A DNA stretch of 63,965 nt, filler included, from Phoronis australis (taxonomy: Eukaryota; Animalia; Phoronida), in the NCBI GenBank assembly GCA_002633005.1. It is 3 parts of 3 records of this genome, joined end to end, with 100 filler letters (N's around TTAATTAATTAA, not from the genome) between each part and the next. Parts side by side here need not be neighbours in the genome. Positions count along the whole stretch, not along the records: positions 24,948 to 41,713 come from NMRA01001504.1; 2 more parts are not named here. One strand, given 5' to 3'. Shown piece after piece: positions 26,529 through 37,204 of the stretch (the first letter of the stretch is position 1; each line of letters begins with the position of its first letter). A program made the position numbers and the translations under genes. Below the pieces are notes generated by a model. The model ran no database searches. It saw only the letters and a program-made list of their open reading frames with translations, and was not told the origin of the DNA.

Positions 26529-28346
26529 CTTAAAGGAAAGAAAAATTGGAACAAGCTGAAGCTTATGGAACCAGGAGGCATCACTTCCTGATATCAACGT
26601 AAGTTGGCCTCAGCACGGTTGTTATTCAGATATCATTTCACTGGTAATGGTAATCTATCGTATAGCCATTTTAGGTACCGACAATCAGGGTCTACATGAC
26701 GTCATTTATGATCAATCAAATGTTGACAATCTTCCCTTACCCAACGGACTCATAACGATATCACAACATCCATTGCTCTTGATTGGGATTTGTCAACGCC
26801 TGATCGTCACTCTGTCAGCAAACAAATCCCAATCACGTTTTATGCCCCCTTGACGTCATTATTTACTAGACCCTCAAAGTTTCAATTTATATCGCCACTC
26901 GATTGCCAATACCACCACGATGTGTGTGGTATTTGTAGGTACGGCTGTGTTGGGATACATCACAAGGCAGGCAAGGGAATGTCCAGGAAATGGCTTTTGG
27001 CGTACGCAAACATCTACTGAGTATTTCCGAAAGTTGACTCTTTATATAGTGGGTCAGAAAATGTCCTACAACATAGCAAATTTTGGGACAAATTGTATTT
27101 TGAAAATGTCAACTTCCATCCAAAAGACGCCCACTCAAAAGAAGAAGTTTGGATCAACGCATTTTAGATAGGTGTTAATGACTGTTAAGTAAACTACGCT
27201 CATAAATTCAGACTTTTTAAAGTTTTAAAAGCTCTTTCGTGCATTTTATATAATAGTTGGAACTTTTACTCTGGATTGTAAATTTTCGTGTGCGACGACG
27301 AATCTAAGTTGGTTTAAAGATGATATCCTTCGTGCCAATTGCCGTTTCTTTATGCTTAAGAAGTTTGGTTGTCTTAAATGGAAGATCATTGTAACATCTT
27401 ACATATATGCAGAGCATCAAACATTTTTTTTCTAAAAAAAGAAAGATCCTTTTCATCATCGGGTCTCTGTTGCGGGGACACTTCCAAAATTATTTAGGTT
27501 AAGGAAGCAGGGAACAAGGGGTGAGCACCCCCTCAACCAAAATGTTAGAAGGCTGATACAAGTTTTCGACCCCAATTATTCCGGATAGTAATGACAATAA
27601 ATTAATTATTCAACGTTTGGACACGCAAACTCTGTTTTAAAATAAAACTGAAAATAGAACACTCTCCCCCCACCATCGAATTCTTCCTACGCCTACGTAA
27701 AAAAGCAGCGATTGATGTAAAAATAAATGTGAAATTAATTTTTTCAAAAGACAGAAAGATCTGTTGACAATTTTTGCATTACGAATAATAAAAATTTGGA
27801 GCAATTCACTAAAATCTTTCACGCTTATTTTAGAAAAGATATTCGGATTGAGATTAATGTTTTACTATACCGTAAGTGATTTTGATTGTTATACTTTATT
27901 GATTAATGAAACTTCATCATTTCGGTTGAGTTTTCTAATGCTACGAAGTCTACAAGGGATGATAACAACTTTTGGTCGTCTGACTTTCTTACCCAAACAC
28001 CACACAACTTGCACGCATGCTGCTGGAGAATTCCTTCTGAACACCGAAATATTTCCCAGCAGCCTTCACGCATATGAAAATTGCAACAATCCACACAGCT
28101 GAATTCTTCGAGTTCTAAGGTTTTTAATATCAAATGTTGATCATTTTAAATTAAGGTTGGTATATAATAGGGGCGCTTGCAAACTTTAAACTGAAATAAA
28201 TCAATTTGACTGCACTAAACTTTCCTATCATAGCAATAATTGAACTTAAATATTAGAAAGTGTTCCACTGTAAATAAAATCCAACCTGTTAGTTTTTATA
28301 TATAGCACTGCACGCGGCGATAAAGGGGAAGATTGGTCAAACTTAC

Positions 28347-28486
28347 CACACATACATTCTCTTCTCTGGGCAAAGAACCAGATCGTCTGTCTACCGTGTG
28401 GTGTCCCACGTCTGCATCTGCCTTGGGCAAGAAAGCTGACGACGCGTGTCTGACATTTTCCCAGCGGACGGATGTTGCACACAGCA
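28347..28486 (-). CDS. Cystine-knot/antistasin precursor, exon 2
   Basis: ctgcag|AVCNIRPLGKCQTRVVSFLAQGRCRRGTPHGRQTIWFFAQRRECMC-G|gtaagt; phase 2-1, matches exons 1 and 3. Confidence 0.82.
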
Positions 28487-29226
28487 CTGCAGAATGGTCA
28501 AAACATTACCTGGGACACGATGATATTATTTTGTCTATGTTAATTTGCTGGTTAAAAACAATTTGAAGTGTCTAATACAGACCAACACCTTGCCTTGTGT
28601 AACTACAGAGTTTATTAGTTGACTGTGGGCAATACAACTCAGGTGGCTGGGATTTCAGAAAAATATAAAATACCTCCCGACTTTTGATTTTTTAGTTCAA
28701 ATGCAAGATAAAAAGAGAAGAGCGAACTGCAGAGGAAGAGGGGAGGTAGGTATGTGAGCGGGGGGGGGGGGGTGCAGAGGGGGAAAGTTGTCAGGGAGAG
28801 AGGAAGCGGGGAAATTCTTGTGAGTCGACATCGACTACAATCTATAAAAGTGATTTAAGTCATAATCAAATCCCCCCAGTATGATGCCATTTAAAGCGAA
28901 GGCAACCTTTTCCATGTCATTTTGAGCTAAAATAAGGTTGGTTGGTTATCCTTGACATATTTTCCACTTAAGTACAGCTTTTCGTAATTTTATAAATTAC
29001 TCGTCCGCTACTCCGGAAGTGACGTTTTAGGAGGCAAGCGTTTCCCGCAACTTGGTTTTGCGTTGACTTTACCGTGCGAATCTGTTCTATTCTACTTTTG
29101 CTTTGTGCTGTTTTTCAACAATTGTCGCCACCACTTTCCATCGGCGAGTATTCTGCGGCAAGATAGGTTAGTAGAGAACTCAACTACGTTGGATTTAGGG
29201 ATTGTTTAGTGTGTTGTAAGCTGAAA

Positions 29227-29505
29227 ATGGCTGGAGTCGGTGACCCGTATCACAGTGACAGTAGTGTGAGTGACGGAGACCTTGTTCACAGCAGTGGTGA
29301 CGAGGAATTTTTTCACGGACATTCAGTGGGTGGGTACATGTTTGAGCCCGAGTACAACGAGGCAGAGTACACACAGGCACAGGCAGCTGTTGAGAGAAAC
29401 GAGGCGGCTACTGAAGACAGACGTGGTGACACATCTTGGTGCAAATGCACTGTGTGCGTTGTTATGCCTACCTCAATTGAATGCTTGTGCTGTTCCGAGT
29501 TCCAC
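29227..29505 (+). pseudogene. KolX / P2X7-ballast (nanor)-like Cys-rich protein, truncated
   Basis: YMFEPE...WCKCTVCVVMPTSIECLCCSE motif; fused to the transposase remnant at the deletion junction. Confidence 0.78.
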
Positions 29506-30568
29506 ATCAATTATCTTTTTGGTCTCTTCCTCCATTAGAGTGTATGTGGTATACTTGGCGGACCGCCCTGGTGAGTCAGACAAGTTCTCCTTCTCCATGA
29601 ATTCCGCCACCAACTCGAGATGTTGTGACATGTATGCGTCATTGACAACTGGTATTAAATAGGAATTCTGAATGTTGTTGAATGTTGTTTTCGAAAAAAA
29701 ACTTGACTTTTCCAAAGTCCATCATTGTCTTCACCGACTGAAACGTGTTTCCAGTGAAGAGCACACCACTGGACATGGTTAAGTGGACCTCCGGCATACC
29801 ACGGACAGAGGAACAACTGTCCCACTTGCCAGAGTGTCCCGTGACACACTCCCACTGGATGGTGACCTGAGCACCCAAACTGCTTACATTGTGTCGTGTG
29901 ACTCCCTCGCCACACACCTGGCACCTTCTAAATAGCTCCAACACTTTAGACAAGTCCACAATAAACTTATCAAAGTTTGGCTCACCGATCTGTTCACTGG
30001 ACGACGAACTGTCCTCTTCACTGGGTGTCGAACTGGGCCTGTAATCACTCCCACTACTCAATATCGCTGCAGGGCTGCTTAGAGGCTCTGGGCTGGAGAA
30101 AACAGCACAGGGCGAATCACTACTGGTTCCAGGAATTGCACGCTCTGGGGTACGTTCGGAGGCACGGGTGACAGTAGATGAAGTGCCTCCACTGGCTCCA
30201 GTCACTGTACTGGCCACAGCTCGCGAGGCTTCTCGCTTCAAAAACGCACTTCTCGGGGGTGGCGACGGGGCACTGCCGGGAATCAACACAGACGGAATGG
30301 CATCCTTCTTCAAGCGTTGTTTCGCGGGGACCTTCATCAGTTCAGCGTACAAATCCCTTTCGTAATCGGACGGCAGAAAGTGCTTGCCACACACACGGTA
30401 ATTCTCCACTGCTTTGTACGTTGCGTGGACGGGTAACGCTGCGTTCTTCACACGAACGAGCCAAGTACGGCGAAGTGTGTCATCCATCGGAAAGCGATGC
30501 TAAGGTACTCCCAAAGCGCGCGTGAGACGATAATTAGTACATCCCGGTACGCAGCAACAGTGTGGCAT
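29490..30568 (-). pseudogene. Kolobok transposase remnant with N-terminal THAP domain
   Basis: MPHCCCVPGC..*HRFP..RRTW..VCGKHF..LKKDAIPSV (THAP, in-frame stop); CQVC..C..GH zinc finger; frameshift near 29695; DSPGRSAKYTTYTLM catalytic-region motif lacking the preceding GDG. Confidence 0.85.
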
Positions 30569-31828
30569 GTTGACTGACTAGTAAATGAAAGCAAACGACG
30601 ACGGAACTTAACACAACCGAGGTAGAACAATGACTGAGTCGGCAGCTCTCACAGTCAGACTATATGAAAAGAAATTGGCGCGAAATGCTTGCCTCCTAAA
30701 ACGTCACTTCCGAAGTAGCGGACGAGTAATTAAGTGGAAAATATGTCTAGGATAACTAACCAACCTTATTTTAGCTCAAAATGACATGGAAAAAGGTTGT
30801 CTTCGCCTTTAAGTTAGTGAATGCCATTCCGGATAAAGCCAAAGATGCTAAAACCTTGGCTGCGTTCAAAAGACTTTGCAGGCTCCACCTGTCATCACAG
30901 TTGTGAGAACCATACTTAAAAATCCATTGCGACTGAGTTATTTATTTCTAATTCATAATTATTTTAGACGATTACTGATTAGACGGAGTTATTCATTTCT
31001 GATCTACAATCATTTTAGATGATAATGTTTAAAACTAACATGGGTGCACCTACGTAATTGTAAACATAAGTTTAGTTAATTAAACTGTGTGAATGTGAGT
31101 GTGAATGAGTGTATGAAAGTCCTTCCCCTTCCTGTCCCCCCCCCCTTTTTATATTATTCTCGGCTAATTATTCGCCCAATCATTAGGAGTTATTTTTCAG
31201 ATACTCATTTGTTCTATTAACATGATGTATTATACTCTAGTAAGTTGTAAAGATATGTAGTTGTGGCAACCCAACCCAGCCCTATCTATTACTCACTAAT
31301 GACATGCTTTCTGGGTAAATAAACGTATTGAAATAAAAACATGGGTGCACTCGTGAGCCCTTTAAAATCACACGCAAGCCTTTTGTTTTTAAGCAAGAAC
31401 GCGATTGAGGCGCAAAACGATGTGAGTGCACACCAGAACAGAGTATTCTATTTTGACCTTAACTCAGAATTTTTATTGCGTTTTATTTCCTCTGCTTGAT
31501 CGTGAACAAGCGAACTTACATTTTATTTCTTTTCCCCTGTTTCTGAGCCACTCTGGTTGATCAGCTTCAGGACCATGAGTTCAAAATAAATTTCGCGAAC
31601 CGAAGGGTAACATTCACTGTTGTGCCACTCTTCGTGTACTGTAGGTCCAACAAATGTGTGTCATATAATGTACCTAATGATAACTGTGGGTTGTCATATC
31701 GAGAGTCGGAATGTGAAAATGAATTTGCGACCAGCCTCGATACATGTACATACATGTAATGACTTTTATTCATTTTATTCATGTTGTATTACAAAAACAT
31801 ATCTCAATAAGAATGACCATCCACTTAC

Positions 31829-32142
31829 GTTTTCGGACGACATACTGTGTTTTTTACAGGCCTAGCGTAATACACCCCTCTGAAAGACCGGGAATAGTAG
31901 GTCCGCTTTTTACACGGGCGGGCAGGTTTTTGCCAATTTCCAAATTGTCGCGTCTCAAGATCATCTTGCAATTCTTTCTCCATGCTTGTATCTGTAGCTG
32001 TAAAGTCGTCAGCAAACATCTCCCCGGTGTTTCTTATGTCGAAGTCACCTAGTCCATCGTTAGCCTCATTCGTGACGTCATCTGCACGCGCGTGTACGTA
32101 CAGGCATACCGCGATTACGGCGAATAAATCCTGTAAATTCAT
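31829..32142 (-). CDS. Cystine-knot/antistasin precursor, exon 1 (signal peptide, acidic propeptide, start of mature domain)
   Basis: MNLQDLFAVIAVCLYVHARA-DDVTNE...ELQDDLETR-QFGNWQKPARPCKKRTYY...NTVCRPK-AC|gtaagt. Confidence 0.85.
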
Positions 32143-32249
32143 CTATATCACGCTTAGTTGCTAATACTATGTTGTCATGTAATTCGACCTCGTTCCTATC
32201 AATTCATGGACGATTGAGCAAAACAGAGGTATCATTTTCGTAATTCGAA

Positions 32250-32625
32250 ATCCCATTACTGTCATGGAAAAATATAACTTGAAATTGCTGATACGCTTTT
32301 TCTAATCTGTTACTACGGATTGTCAATTTGTAATTACGTATTGCCATTCTGTTATTACGGATTGCCAAAATGTTAATACGGATTGGTGATCTGTAATTAC
32401 ATATTTCCAATCTGTAACTACGGTTTGCCAATCTGTGATTACAGATTACCAGTCTGTTAGTACGGATTTCCAATCTGAAAATACGGATTGCCAATCTGTT
32501 AATAAGGATTGGCAATCCGTAATAACAGATTGGCAATCCGCATTAACAGATTGGCAATCTGTAATTACAGATAGGTACTCTGCATTAACAGATTCAATTT
32601 CTATTTTTCACGACTCTAATGGGCC
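32250..32625. mobile_element. Foldback/MITE with inverted arrays of ~21-bp subrepeats
   Basis: Ends cccattactgtcatggaaaaat / atttttcacgactctaatggg; internal tacggattgccaatctgt units switch orientation. Confidence 0.6.
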
Positions 32626-33198
32626 TTCGTGTAAATGAACTTGGTGGAACTGAAATCAACGGTTAAATAAACAATGCCAGCAGATAGAAGGCCATACATG
32701 TACAAGCTGAGAGTGCGAATGTAAAAAATACCGACAGAACAGAACCATCGTTCGGTAAACTGCCCGTTCAGTACAGTTTTTTCTGACTAATTTTAGAGAC
32801 TAAAATTCTTTAACCGAAATGGGTCATTTTCTACGAGCGAGTAGTCGTGTTGCTTGTTATCTCGTTCTATTTATTTTCCAGCCATGTTGGTGTAAAAATG
32901 ATCTTGAATGAACCCGCCTTTCAAATGCATGGACAACAGTCGGTAGAGAGAACAGACCGTGCGTTCAACTTAACGCTATTCACAAGAATAAATACGAAGA
33001 CATTCATCCATAAGACTGGAGAATTTCCATTAAAAACATTATATTTGACCACTGGTCGCTATCTTTACCAACATGGGTTGTTCCTCATGACAAGGTTACA
33101 AGACTTTTTTTATTCTGATAGTAAATAAATACGATCCGTTTATCACCTGGTTTGATGGTGTCTCTTGCGATTTTGTTCAGCACACATTTGTTTTTCAG

Positions 33199-33612
33199 AT
33201 GCTCATTTTATATGCTGTTGTTATAGTACACATTCTTAATGGTGCTGCCGCTTGGTTTAATGCCAACATGATAGTCAATCCTAGGTATAAACGTCCTGAG
33301 GTTATTATCAGCAAAAGAATTAATATAACGATTGTTAAATATAAGTTTTATACGAAATATGACAAACTATGCCAACCCCCCCTTAAACAGAATGGGAAAA
33401 TGTGGGAGGCAATTGATAACAAATTAAAAACTGTAACCACAAACACAGAATATAGATTGCGCTCTATGTCAATACACTGGGAAAAAGTTGCTTTACTTAC
33501 AAACTTTTTCATCTTGACCGCACGGCAGAATGAGATAAAGTACAATATATGTACATATCCTTCACAAACACCTTGTTTATACGAAAGGATATGCGAGGTC
33601 GCAAAGTCATGA
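33199..33612 (+). CDS. Orphan small secreted basic protein (137 aa, 4 Cys)
   Basis: Signal peptide MLILYAVVIVHILNGAAA; acceptor ttttttcag immediately before ATG; AATAAA ~130 bp downstream. Confidence 0.55.
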   Translation: MLILYAVVIVHILNGAAAWFNANMIVNPRYKRPEVIISKRINITIVKYKFYTKYDKLCQPPLKQNGKMWEAIDNKLKTVTTNTEYRLRSMSIHWEKVALLTNFFILTARQNEIKYNICTYPSQTPCLYERICEVAKS

Positions 33613-34569
33613 CCTTGTCAAAACCTCAGTTTAGTGCTTTGCGTCGTAGCACACCTCATTTTAAAAATTCGTAAATTGTATTTTGATGCTCCTTACATAC
33701 TGGAAGGAAAAGATAATTTATTTCGAGAAAATTCACGTACTCATAATAAATAAACCAGTCAAGATTCCCTGGCTAGGATTGTGTTACCGCCTTCTAAATA
33801 GGCTGCAGACCCTTGCGGCCAGCTAAAGTTGCTACGAGTCATTAAAACTCTGAATATTCAAATTTGTAGCAAAGGTCACCTAGTGACTTCCTGGTGAACT
33901 GTGTGTGCAAGTACAATCAGGAAATAAGGCAGTTTTGATGCATTTAATAGATAAAATAAACGAATAATAAAAACTGTGCCTCGTTTTATTAGGGTAACGA
34001 CAATGCTGGGGGGTTGGGGGAGGGGGTACCCAGGGATTACCGTGTCGTCCTCAAAAATTTTCACTGCCAGAGACTCAAAGTGGTATGATGCTGAATGTTG
34101 TTCGACGTGACGGCAAACTGAAATTATACAACGAATGCTTTAGTTGTGGTCACCGTAAGGAGTGTCGGCCGAGTAGTTAGACTTCAATTATCGGTGGCCT
34201 TCAACTTCTGTACACACTAAGATCTTGTAGGGACTTGACAATAGAGACATTTAAAGGGTATCTTTTTGGATGCAGAGTGTCACAGGAATATTAGGATACC
34301 TACTCATTTACAGAGTAATTCCATGTGAAAAATCATGACACTTTCCATAGCATTGTTCCAGAAAATCACAAAAGGCAAAATTTCATAGAGTGTTTTTATT
34401 ATTTGGTTATTTCACTATCAAATGACAATTACATCATATTTGGAATTACTAGGACAAGTTCTTGTTTAAGTGTATCAGTTGCAGTGTACTGCTTAAAACC
34501 GCATTTTGTTACAAATTGATTCTTTCCCTGATTATATTTGTACTCACAGTTCTCCAGTAAGTCGCTAGG

Positions 34570-35566
34570 TTAAAAACCAGACGATCGCCCCACAAATAAA
34601 AAAGTTCATGTTCAATTCAACGTTTCGTCTTTCCATTAGACATCATAAGGATCATATTTACAACAATTTTGTGCCAACATACAGCTCAGGTAACATCCAT
34701 AGAGTGAAGTGAGAGATACATAGAATATGGTCAGTAACTGGTCATCACCATAGTTTCAGGGTCACTGAGCTCTGCATGTTGTTCAGAGAATCAGTGGCAT
34801 GCTGGTTCCGAATGCCCAATGACTCATTAATGTACAGTAACTCCTTATTAGATTCTCTGCAGATAATACTAACAGAATTGGCTTGGTGATTGTAGCTAAT
34901 ACAATGCCTATATATGTTACTTTTCTCTGAGTTGTGATGTTCTTTCAGCCTGTCACAGAGGCGTCTCTGTGTGAGTCCTATATAGAATTCCTTACAGTTG
35001 TCACATTCAACCTAATACACAACATTGCTCTTTTTCAATAAAGGGATGGTTGACTTCAGTTTACACAGCATATTGGAAAGTTTCCGAAGGGGTTTGAAAA
35101 CAACTATCAGTTTAACTGCTGGGTCTATGCAATGAATAAGGCGAGATAATTGACGTTTCAATTTTATACTACTTGGCCCGGTGTAACCAAGAGAAAAGAA
35201 AACTTTCTTTCTCTCGGGTCCAGTAACAGCTACCTTATCTGCCTCATTCATTTTTGAAAGAAAGTGCCTTTTACAGCTATTCAGAAAATTCAGTGGGTAA
35301 CTATTGGCACTCAATAACTGGAAAATCATAGCTACGTTACTATCAAAATTTAAATTGGTGAAGCAATGACCCTGCAACTATGGTGATGACCTGCTACTAT
35401 ATTCTAGGTATCTCTCACTTCACTCTGTAGATGTTATCTGAGCTGTATGTTGGCTCTTGTTGTCCTAAATTGTTGTAAATATGATCCTGATGATGTCTAA
35501 TGACAATAAGAAACGTTGAATTGAACATGAATTTTTTTATTCGTGCGGCGATTGTCCGGTTTTTAA
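34570..35566 (-). mobile_element. Penelope-like retroelement fragment flanked by inverted ~200-bp terminal repeats
   Basis: Minus-strand GIY-YIG remnant SNVVY*VECDNCKEFYIGLTQRRLCDRLKEH...IYRHC...LYINESLGI; arms 34570-34767 and 35364-35566 are reverse complements. Confidence 0.85.
35478..35530 (+). ncRNA. Minimal hammerhead ribozyme motif (degenerate) in Penelope repeat
   Basis: CTGATGA-tgtc taat gaca-ataa-GAAACGTT; inverted copy at 34615-34655 reads CTTATGA-tgtct aatggaa agac-GAAACGTT. Confidence 0.6.
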
Positions 35567-36069
35567 TCTTATTCTGGCCAAAAACTGATTTAATTAAGTC
35601 ACTAGGTGGCGCTTGCTACAAATTTATATTTTCTCGGTTTTAGTGAGACAAATCATCAAGTTCAGTGTTCACAGTATGTTACAACATGTCATTACTCTAA
35701 CAAATAATGGGTGGATCTAATTATTTGTAAAGACTGTGGAAACCTGCAAAAAGCTTCGACTACTTTAACACAGTTGTGTGGACCAGATCAAACCAATCCA
35801 TTGCAACTAGACATTTCATAATCACTTAATACAGAGACTTCCTGACAATGTTAAAAATTGACATAATTGCATAGAAAAAACTCAGCGAGTTTATTTTCTA
35901 ATCGATGACGCCGTCAACGTGCAAATTGTTGTGTTAACACCAGAACCAAATACTCTACTGCGACTTAAAGTTAAATTTCAATTCCAATTTATTTTCTGGC
36001 CTTGAAAGTGAAAAAAAACTATTACAATATATGCTGTCTGTATGAAAATGAACAATGAGCCACGCTGTT

Positions 36070-36471
36070 TGATCAAGGTAAGGTTCATAAGTTTAAATGA
36101 ATTTCGCGAACCGTAAACTAACACTCGTCGCACTCTAGTGAGACTCATCACTTACATGTAGGTCTAATAAATGTGTTTCATATTATATATTAAAAACTCA
36201 CAAACATTTGAATTTGTCATATATGAGCACATTTTACAGTCATTTGTTAATCATATCCGAAACAACCCGTTTTCAAACAAAATAAGAAATGTCATCAGAT
36301 GAGAAATTTATTTACAGACTGCGAAAGAACAAAAAGATGAATATTGCCCCAGGAGAGAATCGCACGTTTCGTCTGGTACACAGTGTTCATTTCCGAGTCG
36401 ATAAAATTGCCCTGACCCGACCTCGGAAGATCCTGGGTTCGATTTTTAAGTTGGCGAACCATTTTTCTAGC
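36070..36471 (-). pseudogene. Degenerate duplicate of exon-1 3' end / intron-1 start of the cystine-knot/antistasin gene
   Basis: 36071-36190 resembles 31559-31670 (aatttcgcgaaccg; tgtaggtc.aa.aaatgtgt.tcatat); adjacent minus frames give KNRT, RIFRG, NTVY vs KKRT, RSFRG, NTVC. Confidence 0.4.
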
Positions 36472-37057
36472 TGTCAAATTAAACAGTACTGCTGTACTTT
36501 CATTCATTTTCTGCTGAGTGATTTCACGCTGTTCCTTTGTGGGCTACCATCATGTGATACAAATGTACATGTACATGTAGAAGCACAGCTGTACTTCATA
36601 TCAAAACAGTGTTCTGCTCCGTTGCCACTGTGAGTAGTAGACATGGAAATCGTAACCCGAGTTTGTCACCAAATTACGTCATTGAACTTCTTTATACCCT
36701 TCTTTTTGGCAACTGAATAGATTGAGAGCAGAAAGCAGTTGACCAGTATGATTTCGTTCCTGTGATAAGGTACACAAGCAATTAGCCTGTTTTTTGATAT
36801 CGGCATTTATATGAGAGGGTCCTTTGCATCACTTACATGTTCGACACCAAATGACTTTTAAGTTCCCTGATAAGGCTGAGAAATATAGCTTTCATGTTCA
36901 CCAGTTTAAATAACCGCTTGGTTACTTGCCTACTTAACCAATGAAGAACCAGATACTAAAGTTGTTCACCAGACACCAATGTAATTAGAGGCTGTATGCG
37001 AGATAATTTAAAACCCCTTGTAAAATAATTTATTTTGCATAAACACAAGGTTTAGAA

Positions 37058-37204
37058 CATGGGCGAAGCAGCCCTGAAAAATGTGGGGGCTATAACCCCC
37101 CAGCACCCTGCGGTGCACCGCTCATAAACCATGAGCGGCGTACATGTAGCACTAAACAAAGTGGAGGGCTATAGCCCCTATCCCCCCATGATGCGCCGCC
37201 CATG
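37058..37204. mobile_element. Small GC-rich MITE-like element
   Basis: Ends catgggcg / cgcccatg; two internal gggctata..cccc hairpins. Confidence 0.5.

Larger units (their letters stand above)
28891..30812. mobile_element. Kolobok DNA transposon, internally deleted, in intron 1 of the antistasin gene
   Basis: TTAA at both ends; ~130-150-bp TIRs (agcgaaggcaaccttttccatgtcattttgagctaaaataaggttgg...); convergent THAP-transposase and KolX-like remnants. Confidence 0.88.

Noticed and set aside
26296-26597. ORF-track proteins 26296-26559 (+) and 26319-26597 (-)
   Set aside because: Shadow frames of the antistasin exon
27903-28133. Cys-rich minus ORF as an additional exon
   Set aside because: Splice phases do not fit between exons 2 and 3, and there is no recognisable motif
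34159-34200. tRNA/SINE head (ggagtgtcggccgagtagttaga)
   Set aside because: A-box-like only; no B box or cloverleaf
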